64,000 bases of DNA from Octopus sinensis. Taxonomy: Eukaryota. Location of the stretch: contig NC_043004.1 in NCBI RefSeq assembly GCF_006345805.1, positions 45,136,001 to 45,200,000 of the forward strand, read 5' to 3'. A model generated the notes under the pieces. That model had not been told where the DNA came from. It did no database searches and saw nothing but the letters and a program-made list of their open reading frames with translations. Positions within the stretch are counted from its first letter, which is position 1. The number at the start of each line of letters is the position of its first letter. Below, in pieces: positions 52,895-64,000 of this stretch. A program made the position numbers and the translations under genes.

Positions 52895-54199
52895 TTAATT
52901 AAAAGAATTGCTTACTGAAGTGAACTAGTACACCACACATGCTTGTACCCTTAGCACAATTCTCAGGAAAAATAATGATACATGGTGTGTGTGTGTAAGA
53001 GAGAAAGGAAGTGAGAAGGTTGGCTATTTGAATTAGAAGTACAATTTTTGAGTAAGTTTACACAGTTTCCTTCTGCCCAGTTTCATTCACAAAACTTGGG
53101 CGAATTTGAGGCTAATATAAAAGATATTTGCCTCGGATGTCATGCCTTGGGCTCAAACTCAGGACCTCATGAATGCAAACTGAACATCTTAACCATTCAA
53201 TGACTTCCACAATACACGCATGAACACATTTCAACCGAATATTGAAATGGAAAGTGAAAGTAAGAAAAAAAATGTGTATGATAATACTGTATAGATGACT
53301 AGTTCGAGAGAGAGAGAGAGGGGTAAGCGAGAAAATGTGATAGAAAAATGGTAAGAAGAACAGTGGAGGTGTATTGTTACTTGAGGTAAAACTAGATGAT
53401 GTAAAAGAATGAGATTAACAAGAGAGGATGAGAGAGAGAGAGAGATGGGGTGAGTGAGAGAGTAAGAGAGAGGTATAAGAGTAATATACTATGAGTAGAA
53501 CTAGAGCTCAGTGAGCATAGAACTATGTTTAAAGATGTTTCACTACAGTTACAACGCCCACAACGTGACCATGTTGGGGATGATGATGATGATGGTGGTG
53601 GTGGCGACGGTTGCAGCAGTGCTGTTGTTGTTGTTGGTAGTGGTGATGGTGGGGGGGGGGCATGGTAAAGAAGAAGAGGAAAAAGAAACAAAAGAGGCAA
53701 GCATATCATCTGCATGCAGCGAAGTGTGACAGAAATCAAATAAAGGAAGATGATGTACAGTGTAGTGAAAAGTGAACAAATTTAATCAAAACCAAGGCTA
53801 TGAATGTGCTGTGTTTGGTAGGTTGGCTAGGTGGTTGATCATATGTGTTGCATGTATATGCATGTGTATGTTTGTATGTGAGTGAGAAGTGTTGTGTGCA
53901 TTTGAGAGAGAGAGAGAGAGAGAATTTGTGTGTGTATATATGTGTATGTACCTGTTGTGCTTCATGTGAGTATATTTTTTGTGCGCCTGGGATAAAATAT
54001 GTGGCATGTGAGTGTATATGTATGTTTATGTGGAATATGTGGTTCTATAGAGTGTATAAATGAATGCATGTACATATATGTATGTGTGTGCTCACTTATA
54101 TGTGTGCATATATGTGTGTGTCTGTCTACTAATGATCATGTATGCAGAATGTTTACTGTGGAAAGGTAAAGAATATAAAGGTAGAGAATGTGTGTATAA

Positions 54200-54239
<40 letters not shown>

Positions 54240-54712
54240 GGGGGGAGAGAGAGACCGTATGTATATATGAGTGATCATGTGAACAGATATTTTTGTGTAC
54301 AATATTCATGTTTGAATGGCTTGTAGATGTAGACTTGAACTCATAGGTGTGCTAGTGCAAATGTGTATGGTGTGTAGAATAAGTGATATTTATATGGTAG
54401 TTTAGAGACACACACACACACACACACACACCTGTATATTCTGTGTCTGTGTTTATATTCAATATTTGACTATGTTAATGTCTGTTTTTGTTTACAGAGA
54501 AGAATATTGTATGCGATTACATATGTACATACATATATGCTGTCTGGCATACACATATACATACGTATGTATGTATATCATCATATATATATACGCAGGC
54601 ATATATATCCACATATATACGTGTGTGTGTCTGTGTGTATATGTTAATACATACATATATAGACATACACATGCTTGCATACATGTGTACATATATGTAT
54701 ATACACACATAC

Positions 54713-54745
<33 letters not shown>

Positions 54746-55519
54746 TGTGATGTGTACATGTATACACACACTTTACTAGACTATGAATATGCTGAATATA
54801 CACACCAATGTTCATATTTGCATGTATATATGTATTTATTTTCAGTATTCTTCTTCTTTTCCTGTCCATTTTCACCCTGCCAACTTTGGTGCAATGGTTT
54901 CTGCAAATCTAGCCTGATATTGGAGCAAGTGTGTTTTCACAGTTGAATGACCTTCATATTGCTAACAAGTCAACCAACATTTATAGGTGTATAGGAGGGT
55001 AACCTGCTGTCTATTGAGCAAACTGAGGCAAGCAGAGTAATAATGGATTTTGCCTACGGGATCCACATCGACAATAGTTCCTTGATTTAAAACCTTCTTA
55101 CTATACATTCCAACATCTTTGCATAGCTTCCAATTTTTTTAAAGTCGGTTGAAGTGTATATTTTATTTATCTATTTATTCCTCTGTCTACCAGTGTGTAT
55201 GTGTGTACACGTGTGTGAATGTATATATGTATATGTGTGTTTATGTATACATGTATATGAGTACGTGTATTTGTGTGTGCTTGTGTATGCATATATGCTT
55301 ATGAGTATCTATCTGTGGGTGGGTATCTTGTATGCACATGTGTTTTTGTAAATGGCTGTGTCTGTGTTTTATGTCCATATGCATTTAATTTATTACAGGC
55401 TTAAGTATGAGAATGCATTATCCCTCTTTGAATTTAGCAGAATATCATTCTTCATATGAACCTTGAAAAATTTTTATCTCTCTAATATGTGCGTGTTTAT
55501 ACTAATAGAGATGGGATAG

Positions 55520-55740
55520 AATGTCTGATTGCAGAAGGTGTTCAGGCACCACCTAATAAATTGCAAAAGGAGACATCTTCCTTTTTGCTTACGCTTCAAA
55601 TAGTTGTTTTCAAAGACATGGCCTTTCATGCTCAGAATTGTAGAATCTTGGAATAATCTTCCAGCTGCCAGGAGAACACATCCTTTAAAAATTCCATGTT
55701 TCCTGAAATTCGCCCAGACTCCTCCTTATGTGCCTATACC
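55520..55740 (+). mobile_element. Highly decayed CR1/L2/Jockey-type LINE C-terminal fragment
   Basis: FMLRIVESWNNLPAA...SFKNSMF resembles the R(V/I)xxxWNxLP...SFK C-terminal motif of Jockey-group LINEs. Confidence 0.4.
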
Positions 55741-55917
55741 CCTTTTCCACTTTATGGCTCTTTTAATGTTTGTTTTTCTGTCTTTGTTTTTCTGTTTTCT
55801 CCTGTGTACTTACCCTGTCGGTTAACATTACTGACTTTCTTTACTCAAAGTAGTGCTGCTTTCCAGTCACTTCCTTTATTCTTTTCCACCAACCCACCTA
55901 AACATTGAATATAAGTT

Positions 55918-55931
55918 CATTATTATTATTA

Positions 55932-55982
<51 letters not shown>
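55918..55982. repeat. (ATT)n microsatellite
   Basis: Direct inspection. Confidence 0.95.
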
Positions 55983-55983
<1 letters not shown>

Positions 55984-55984
55984 A

Positions 55985-57900
55985 GGTGGCAAGCTGGCAG
56001 AATTGTTAACATGCCAGGCAAAGTGCTTAGTGGCATTTTGTCCGTCTTTACATTCGGAGTTCAAATTCAACTGAGCTCAACTTTGTCTTTCATCCTTTGA
56101 GGTCAATAAAATATGTACCAATCAAGCACTGAGTTCAGATTCCATCAGGGTCAACTTTGCTTTACATTCTTATGGGGTTGACAAAATAAAGTACCAGTCA
56201 AGAACTTTCGTTGACTTGATCAATTTACCATCTCCCTTAAAATTGCAGGCATTGTGGAAAAATTTGAAACCATCATTATTATCAATATTATTATTACATT
56301 AAAACAGTGAGCTGGCAGAATGTTTAACATGTCATCTGAAAATGCTTAACAGCATTTCTTCTGCCTTTATGTTCTGGGTTCAAATGCTGCTGAGCTTGAC
56401 TTTGCTTCTCATCCTTTCAGGGTCAAAATAATAAAGTACTTGTTAAGAACTGGGGTTGGTGCAATCAACTATTCCCTCCCACTAAATGTCAGGTTTTGTA
56501 CCTATAGAAGAAAGAATTATTAAATCAAAATTGGTTTTACTCTTTCCTAAAAACCACACTTAATTTTCGAGTTTATTGTTTCCAGAGGGTTGTCAGTTTT
56601 GTTTGCTATCATTTTTGAAATATGTGTTGTTTTAGTGCAGCATTGCGAATCTTTGATGGAGCCAGTATCATTTACAGAATCTTTATTCTTTAAAATGTGT
56701 TCCATAAGACTGTTACTATAAATAGGAATGGCTCAACTAAATTGAATTGAAATATGTAATATGGCTACATTTCAGACTTTGAAATTAGAAACAGTTAAAT
56801 TAGGAGTAGAAGGAAGAAGAATGCAAAAATGGAAATAAAACAGGAATTGCATAATGATGATGATGATGATGATGATACTTGCTACTATAGGAACAAGGTT
56901 TAAAATTTTGAGGGTTGGGGTGACTTGTTGATTACATTGACCCCAGTGCTTGACTGGTATTCGATTATCAGCCTCAAAAGTATGAAAAGTAAAGCTGTCT
57001 CGGCAGAATTTGAATTCAGAGCATAAAGAACCAGCAGAAATGCCATTAAGTATTTAGTCTGATGTGGTAACAATTCTTATTGCTTTAATAATAATAATAA
57101 CAATATAATAATAAGTGGATGAAAAAGAAGAAGAAGAAGAAGAAAAATATAATAATATTGTTGTATTTGGGCACAAAGTCAGAAACTTTGAGGGCAGAGG
57201 AATAGTCAGTGCCAGGACATGACTGGTACATTATTTTGTCAACCCCAGATAGATGAAAGGCAAAGTTAATGTTGGTGGGATTTGAATTCAGACGATAAAG
57301 TGCTGGAACAAAATACTACAAAGCATTTTGCTGAACACCCTAATGATTCTGTTTGAAGATGTAACAACAAGAACAACAATAATAGTAGTAATAATCCTTT
57401 TCATTGTAGGCACAAGGCCTGACATTTTGGGGAGAATGCTAAGTGATGACATGAATTCCAGTGCTCAACTGATGCTTATTTTATTGACCCTGAGAGGATG
57501 AAATGTCAAGTTGGCCTCAGTGGAATTTGAACTCAGAACATAAAGACAGATGAAATGCTGCTAAGCATTTGGTCCAGTGCTTTAAGGATTCTGCCAATCT
57601 ACTGCCCTAATATTGTTTCTATTTTGAACAAAAGGCCAGATAGTTGAAGGATGGAAAAGTCAATTAATTGACCTAGTATTTGATTGCTTTTTTGATACCC
57701 AACAGATATTTTCTAATTATGGCACAATGCCAGCAATTTTGAAGTGAAATTAGTCAGTACCATCAAAACCATTCCTGATTGGTATCTTTCTTATTCCTCC
57801 TCCTTCCAGAATGAAGGGCGAAGTTGAAAGCAACAGGTTTTGAAGTCAGAACCTTAAAAAAAGCTATAAGATATACTACAACTGTCTTGCTGTCAGACAA
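55985..57900. mobile_element. Cluster of Meta-like SINEs: two on + (55985-56520) followed by four on - (56880-57900)
   Basis: Same family motifs in convergent orientation. Other copies lie near 5905-6090(+), 6500-7350(-), 8650-8870(-), 16100-16320(-), 17560-17680(+), 18450-18560(+), 21065-21250(-), 40940-41120(-) and 50930-51050(+). Confidence 0.75.
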
Positions 57901-57936
57901 AATGCCTTATGGTATTTCATCCACGATTCTTTCATA

Positions 57937-57972
<36 letters not shown>

Positions 57973-58030
57973 GGTTTTTCTCATTAGGACAGGGGCACAC
58001 ATTTTTGATGGGTATAATCAATTATTTTAT

Positions 58031-58375
58031 TCTTTTACTTGTTTCAGTCATTTGATTGTGGCCATGCTTGAGCACTGCCTTTGGTCAGACAAATCAATCC
58101 CAGGACTTATTCTTTGTAAGCCTAGTACCTATTCTATTGTTCCTTTTTGCTGAACCACTAAGTTATGGGGATGTAAACGCACTAGCATCAGTTGTCAAGC
58201 GATGGTAAGAGAACAAGCACACACACAAATGACGGCCTTTCAGTTTTTATCTACCAAATCCACTCACAAGGCTTTGGTCAGCCCGAGGCTGTAATAGAAG
58301 ACACTTGCCTGAGGTACCATGCTGTGGAACTGAACCCAGAACCATGTGGTTGGGAAGCAAGCTTCTTACCACACC
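58031..58375 (-). mobile_element. Composite SINE, minus strand
   Basis: Reverse complement of the family. Further partial copies lie near 440-540(-), 3290-3575 plus 4036-4110(-), 5240-5550(+), 22060-22210(+), 22280-22580(-), 23100-23240(+), 27260-27450(-), 42745-42860(+), 51480-51620(-), 53070-53200(-) and 59660-59800(+). Confidence 0.75.
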
Positions 58376-60492
58376 ACGAGAAATTGAAGTTTACCTTGAG
58401 AGCATTTGAACCAGAACATAAGGTGATATAAATAAATACCACATTTTAGGCCCATATAAATATATAATTATACACTTATATTGATGTATACACACTACTC
58501 AATGTGTCTGTGTATGCATATGTGTATTATTTACGACGTTGAAGATGTTCAATTAAAAAGCCAGACAATTGAGTTGACAGGATAAAATTGGTAAAGTATG
58601 AGTTTTACTGGCTTGTCTTGCAGTGTGGTGTAAAGTTCTTAGATGATATCACATATTGATGAAGATTTGACTGGTTCATGGTAGTCAAATAGGTTAGTGG
58701 TTAAGGAGCTATTAATAAAGTTCTTTAAATAACTACGTTTTAAGATGTTGTTGGGAAAGTTTTTAAAAGCTCTTGTGGTGTGTTTGTGCGTCTGTATGTG
58801 ATTTTGTGAATGTGTATGTACTGATCCAGTCAATTAGACTGGCTAAAAACTGACTGCTGAAGATTTTCTCCTTATATTTATAAAAGTTGAAGTACGTGTG
58901 TGTGAGTGTGTGTGTTGGGAAGGACATTTATAAATTGGTAAGTCTGCAACATATGATGACTTAGTGGAAAATTGGTAAAATGAAATTACCAACACACTCA
59001 AATGTATGTATAATGTGGGTGTATGTATAATGTGAGTGTGTGTGTGTGTACACATGTAAACACATACACGCGCACACACACACACATACTAACATTCCCT
59101 CATGATGTTAGTATGGACTCAATCGCAAGCTTCTATGAACACTTTCTCGTCATTAAATTTGTAGTATAGAATAAAAATAAATTGTCCTTCATTGGTTTTA
59201 ACAATGTGCATACTAATTATTAAATTAATAAAACTCCATACCCATTGAATTATCATGTAAGCAGTTGAGTAACCTGTGGACACTTGAACCTGTAAATTAA
59301 TCTTCAAACAAAATTAGCTTGACACAGCATGTGACAAAGCTGTCTCTTTCAATTATAGGTAAAGTACATGTAGCACTCATCGCAGTTTCTTTCTACTTGA
59401 TTTCATTCACAAAGGGTTAGTCAACTTGAGTCTCTGTTAAAAGATGGCAGCACATGATGATATCAAACTCTGGCCTCATATTATGAAGCTAATATTTCGA
59501 TCACTTGGTCATGCTTGCACCCAGTCACTTGAAACCTTCAAATATTTGTCAGGAATAGTCAGCGTGATACTTTGTGAGATAAGGCTAGTCATTCAAATCG
59601 GGCACGTTTCTGCACAGTATCTGCCAATTAACCACCTATCTCAATAGATGCAGACAGGGCTCTGTTGTTAAGTAGTTTGCTTCCTAACCATGTAATTTCT
59701 GCTTCAGTTTCACTGCATGGTATGTCGGGCAATTGTTTTCTGTTGTAACCATGATCTAACAAAAGCTTTGTGTCTAAATTTGGTATATGGAAACTGAAAG
59801 AATCTTTTGTATATATATGTGTGTGTGCATGCTTGTGTCTCCTTGTCATGCATGACATCACAATAGGTATAAACAAGTGTTACCATTATATAAGTGGCAT
59901 CCCGCGTTTCCACTTTTCCATGTTGACAAGTCTGCCCATGAGGAAATATTTCATGTAGCAGACACATACACACACACACACACTTACACACATTCCCTCA
60001 TATATGACAGTAAGTATGGACTCTATTGCAAGCTTCTATGAAAATTGATAAGAAAAGCATCTGGCTGTAGAAAATATTCCTCAGCAAATTCTGTCTGATG
60101 CATGCAAGGATGGAAAATTAGACATTAAAATTATGATGATGGTTTACGATGAGTGTGTATGTGTATATATATATACTTGCACACACACACACACACACAC
60201 ACATGTATGTACACATATGCATATATGCACAAATGTACTTATGTGTCTGTCCTCATTATCATTTAGCATCTGCTTTCCATTCTCACATGCGTTAGACAGT
60301 TTGACTGAAGCTAGTAACCTGGAGAGCTGCACCAGGTTCCAGTCTGATTTACCATGGTTTCTACAGCTAGATGCCCTTCTTAACGCCAACCACTCCAAGA
60401 GTGTAATGGATGCTTTTCATGTGCCACTGGCATAGCTATCAGTTATGTGACACAGGCATCGGCCACAACTACAATTTCACTTGAGTTGATGA

Positions 60493-60547
<55 letters not shown>

Positions 60548-60582
60548 TACATACATATACATTTATGTATATATATATAATA

Positions 60583-60617
<35 letters not shown>

Positions 60618-60660
60618 TCATACATACATATACATTATGTATATATATATTAAATACATA

Positions 60661-60700
<40 letters not shown>

Positions 60701-61845
60701 GGATTTAAAAACAAAACAAAAAGATGAAGACGGGTGTGTAAACAACAAACAGATGAATTAGTTTAACGCTTGGGAAGTGAAAAAGTCTTTTACGTATAAA
60801 GCCTATGCCCTTTGATAGAAAGAAACACAGAAATAAACAGGGAGAGAAGATAGAAAAAGGTATAGTGGCTAGCGATCTATCATGGCAAATGCCAGACGGA
60901 GGGGTCACACAGGAGAGAGCTAGGAAGAAGGGGACATAATAAAGTAGTGGTGATCCCAAAACGAAGGTGCGTGTGTGTATGTGAGAGTGTATGTGTGTGT
61001 GGAAGGGTGCTGGTGACATTAACGTGTGCTCAATTACATACGCACATATGTATGTATGAATATATATATAATATATATATATATATTATATATATATATA
61101 TAAAATACATACACAAATACACACATAGACACACACACATATTAAACACATATAATATACACAAATATTTTTATATATAAATACACACACACACATATAC
61201 ATGCATACACAAATACATGAACATATTTGCTCACACCAAAAGTTGAGCATACATTTCTGTTTGCCAATATATACCAAAAGACCTACAGCTATAAATTCAC
61301 AGAGCTTAAATTTACCTGCATGAACATGCATATTTTAGCTATCCATCAAACATTGCAAAAAAAAGAAAAAAAGAAAGAAATGAATGAAAGAAATACTTAA
61401 TCCATCTACCAAGAAAAAAAGAAAAGAACCTACAAGAAACAAAGATAAAAATAAGTCACTAAAAGTCTAACCATGGAAGTGGGAGACATAAATTATGTGA
61501 AAATATAATAAAATATATATAAGAAAACTAAAATAGAAATTAAGAATGTGTGTGTATGTGTATGTGTGTGTGTGTGTGTGTTGAATGAAAAGCCAATGAA
61601 GAAAAATATAGATTCACTCCATCATAAGCATACACATCTTCTTAAGTATGATCCTGTAACCGCACACATCTATGCATGTTCTTACACACATGACCATCTA
61701 CAAACATATACACAGATCATGTGACACTCATGATCAACCATTCACACATATCCATGATCTAACCATCTTGATCATTCACTCATACAGACACATGTTTATG
61801 CATATGTACAATATATATGTATATATATAATATATATACATAGAT

Positions 61846-61877
<32 letters not shown>

Positions 61878-61909
61878 CATAGATATATATATATTATATA
61901 TATATATAT

Positions 61910-61940
<31 letters not shown>

Positions 61941-61945
61941 CATAT

Positions 61946-64000
61946 GATTGATTGATTGATTGATTCTAGTTTCAGCTTATGAGCTGTGGCCATGCTGGGG
62001 CACCGCCATTTGGTGTTGCTACTTGGTTTCACTTCATGGAGGCTTTCTAGCAACTGCTATTTGGTGCATGAGAGAGTTCGATGCAGCTGCCCTCATCTGC
62101 CCCTCCTGCCGTGAAGTTGGTTCATCTGGGACACCTGACAGGAAGAGATCCAGCTTCATTTTAAAGACATCTGTATCCACCCCATGCAGGTCTCTCAGGT
62201 TCTTCGGGAGGATATTGAAGAGCTGTGGGCCTCGGAAGCCCAGGCTATCACAGTATCTTGTCCTACATCTTGATGGCAGGTTTGGAGTCCTAGGCACCAC
62301 GCAGTGGCACCCAGCTCTGGCATTTGCGTAACTCTCGATGCCAAAGTTCAGGACACTTCCCTCCAGGATCTTCCAGATGTATATTATGGCATATCGTTCC
62401 CGCCTACGCTCCAGGGAATATAATTTTAATCTCTTGAGTCTTTCCCAGTAGCTTACATTCTGCATAGAGGCTATCTTCTTTGTGTAGCTTCGTTGGATCG
62501 CCTCAAGTTCTGTGATCAACTTGACACTGGATGGTGACCATAGCTGAGAGCAATAGTCAAAGTGGCTTAGGACAAGTGTCTTCCAGAGGACCATCATGGT
62601 TTCTTGTTCTCTTGTTCTAAAGGTTCTAAGAATCCATCCAGCCAGCCGGCTACATTTCATTGTCAGTTTAGCAACATGTACATGAAAGGTCGCGTCATCA
62701 CTCATGTGAATACCCAGGTCACGCACTGATTGTGCCTCTGGGATTGCAATCCCTCAGGGTCCAGTGTATTCATTGGGTATTGCATTCAGTTTTGCATGCT
62801 GATAGTATAAAGCTTGAAACTTTCCAGCATTGAACTGCATGCTATTCGTTTCAGCCCACTTGTATATTTCGTCCAGCTCACATTGCAGGTGTTTAGTGTC
62901 CTCAGGGTTCTGTATTGCCTGTGAAACTTTTGTATCATCTGCATAACTTGTGATCGTGGCTCTCTGCGTGGCTGAGGGCATGTCTGAGAGGGCCATTATG
63001 AACAGTAGTGGTCCAGAACAGTGCCCTGCGGAACACCGCTCACTATTTGTGTGTTAATGGAGGTGGCCCCATTGGCTACTACCACCTGACTTCTATCCTT
63101 CAGAAAGTCATGAAGCCATTCTCCCAGTTTTCCAACTATGTTGAGATCACGCAGTTTGTGACATATCATTCCATGATCGACTTTATCAAAGGCCTTTGCA
63201 AAGTCGAGATATATCACTTCCACATTTGAGTGGTTGAGCAGCCGTTTCAGCACCCAGTCATAGTGTTGTAGGAGCTGAGTTAAACAGCTTCTCTCTGGTC
63301 GGAAACCATGTTGGGTGTCGGGCAGCAAGTCATTCTCTTCAAGGAAGATGATCAGCTTCCTTCTGACTATTCGTTCCATGACCTTGCTGATGTGTGAGGT
63401 CAGAGAGATAGGTCTATAGTTCTTGGCTGCCGCTCTGCTACCTCCTTTATGAATGGGGCATATTTTACCTTCCTTCAGTTTTCCTGGAAGTTTGCCAGCT
63501 GCAAGGAAGCTCTGAAAGAGTAACTGCAGTGGTCTTGCTAGGACTCTCTTACATGCTTTTAGGAGGATTGCCGGGAATCCATCGGGGCCAGTAGCTGAGT
63601 CTGTTTTCATTTCATCTATAGCCTTGGTTACATCGTCTTCCTTTATATCGATGTAATCTATCGTCGCCGCCTCTGATTTTATATCTGCAGTGGTAAAAAA
63701 GTCAGTTGGATTGGTGATTTGGAGATGCCCAAGGGGTGGAGTGAAAACACTCTTGAATTGCTCATTCAGTATTTCACTTACCCTCATTGGTTTTCCTGTA
63801 AGTGTGCCATCCTTTTCGAGGAGTGGCCCTATTCTACAGTGCACTGTAGCTGTTTCTTTGGCATACCTGTAGAAAGCTCTGGGGTTAGATTTTATGTTTT
63901 CTATAGCCCAGGCTTCTTTGTCTGCTCTTTCTTTTTCATGGGAGAGTTGCAGACATTTTTCGATTTCCAACAGTTTTATTTTTAGGCGGGACTTTTCACT
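61946..64000 (-). mobile_element. CR1/L2-group non-LTR retrotransposon (LINE): RT and C-terminal part of ORF2, 3' UTR and (AATC)n tail; continues beyond the window end
   Basis: ORFs 62996-63970, 62754-62996 and 62034-62726 join into one RT protein with QHGFRPERSCLTQL, IYLDFAKAFDKVDH, GVPQGTVL(G)PLLF, YADDTK, RDLGIH, LVLSHFDYCSQLWSP and YWERLKRLKLYSLERRRERY motifs. There is one 1-nt frameshift near 63010 and one in-frame TGA at 62754-62756. The (GATT)n tail is at 61946-61965 on the + strand. Confidence 0.95.
62034..63970 (-). pseudogene. LINE ORF2 reverse transcriptase, disrupted by one frameshift and one nonsense codon
   Basis: Three ORF-track segments form a colinear RT domain plus C-terminal region. 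The frame stays open upstream to the window edge (SEKSRLKIKLLEIEKC...). Confidence 0.9.

Noticed and set aside
59444-59647. 67-aa ORF MAAHDDIKLWPHIMKLIF...
   Set aside because: It shows no homology I can recognise and has weak splice context, and its length is within chance expectation.

Overview
This is AT-rich animal DNA, packed with (TA)n/(CA)n/(GA)n/(AAT)n microsatellites and dozens of short interspersed repeats. The repeat spectrum strongly suggests an octopod cephalopod; that is inferred, not checked by a database search. No intact host protein-coding gene can be recognised. Nearly all short ORFs in the track are microsatellite read-throughs or retroelement fragments, so the window looks like deep intron or intergenic sequence with a few unconfirmed small-exon candidates. 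Recognisable elements: the 3' 2 kb of a young CR1/L2-group LINE running off the right edge (minus strand), several RTE-LINE 3' fragments, two abundant tRNA-type SINE families (CORE-like composite and Meta-like), a third SINE with a 12-bp TSD, TTAA-flanked ~220-bp piggyBac-type MITEs, a non-autonomous Helitron, a mariner derivative made of two inverted 5' ends, a deleted DD37D (maT) element, a pogo-like HTH relic, a ~38-bp minisatellite and a near-perfect 987-bp tandem duplication. The most notable observations are (1) a complete minimal type-I hammerhead ribozyme core at 26251-26293 and (2) a 3' tail shared by the LINE and the composite SINE, with compensatory substitutions in a terminal stem-loop.
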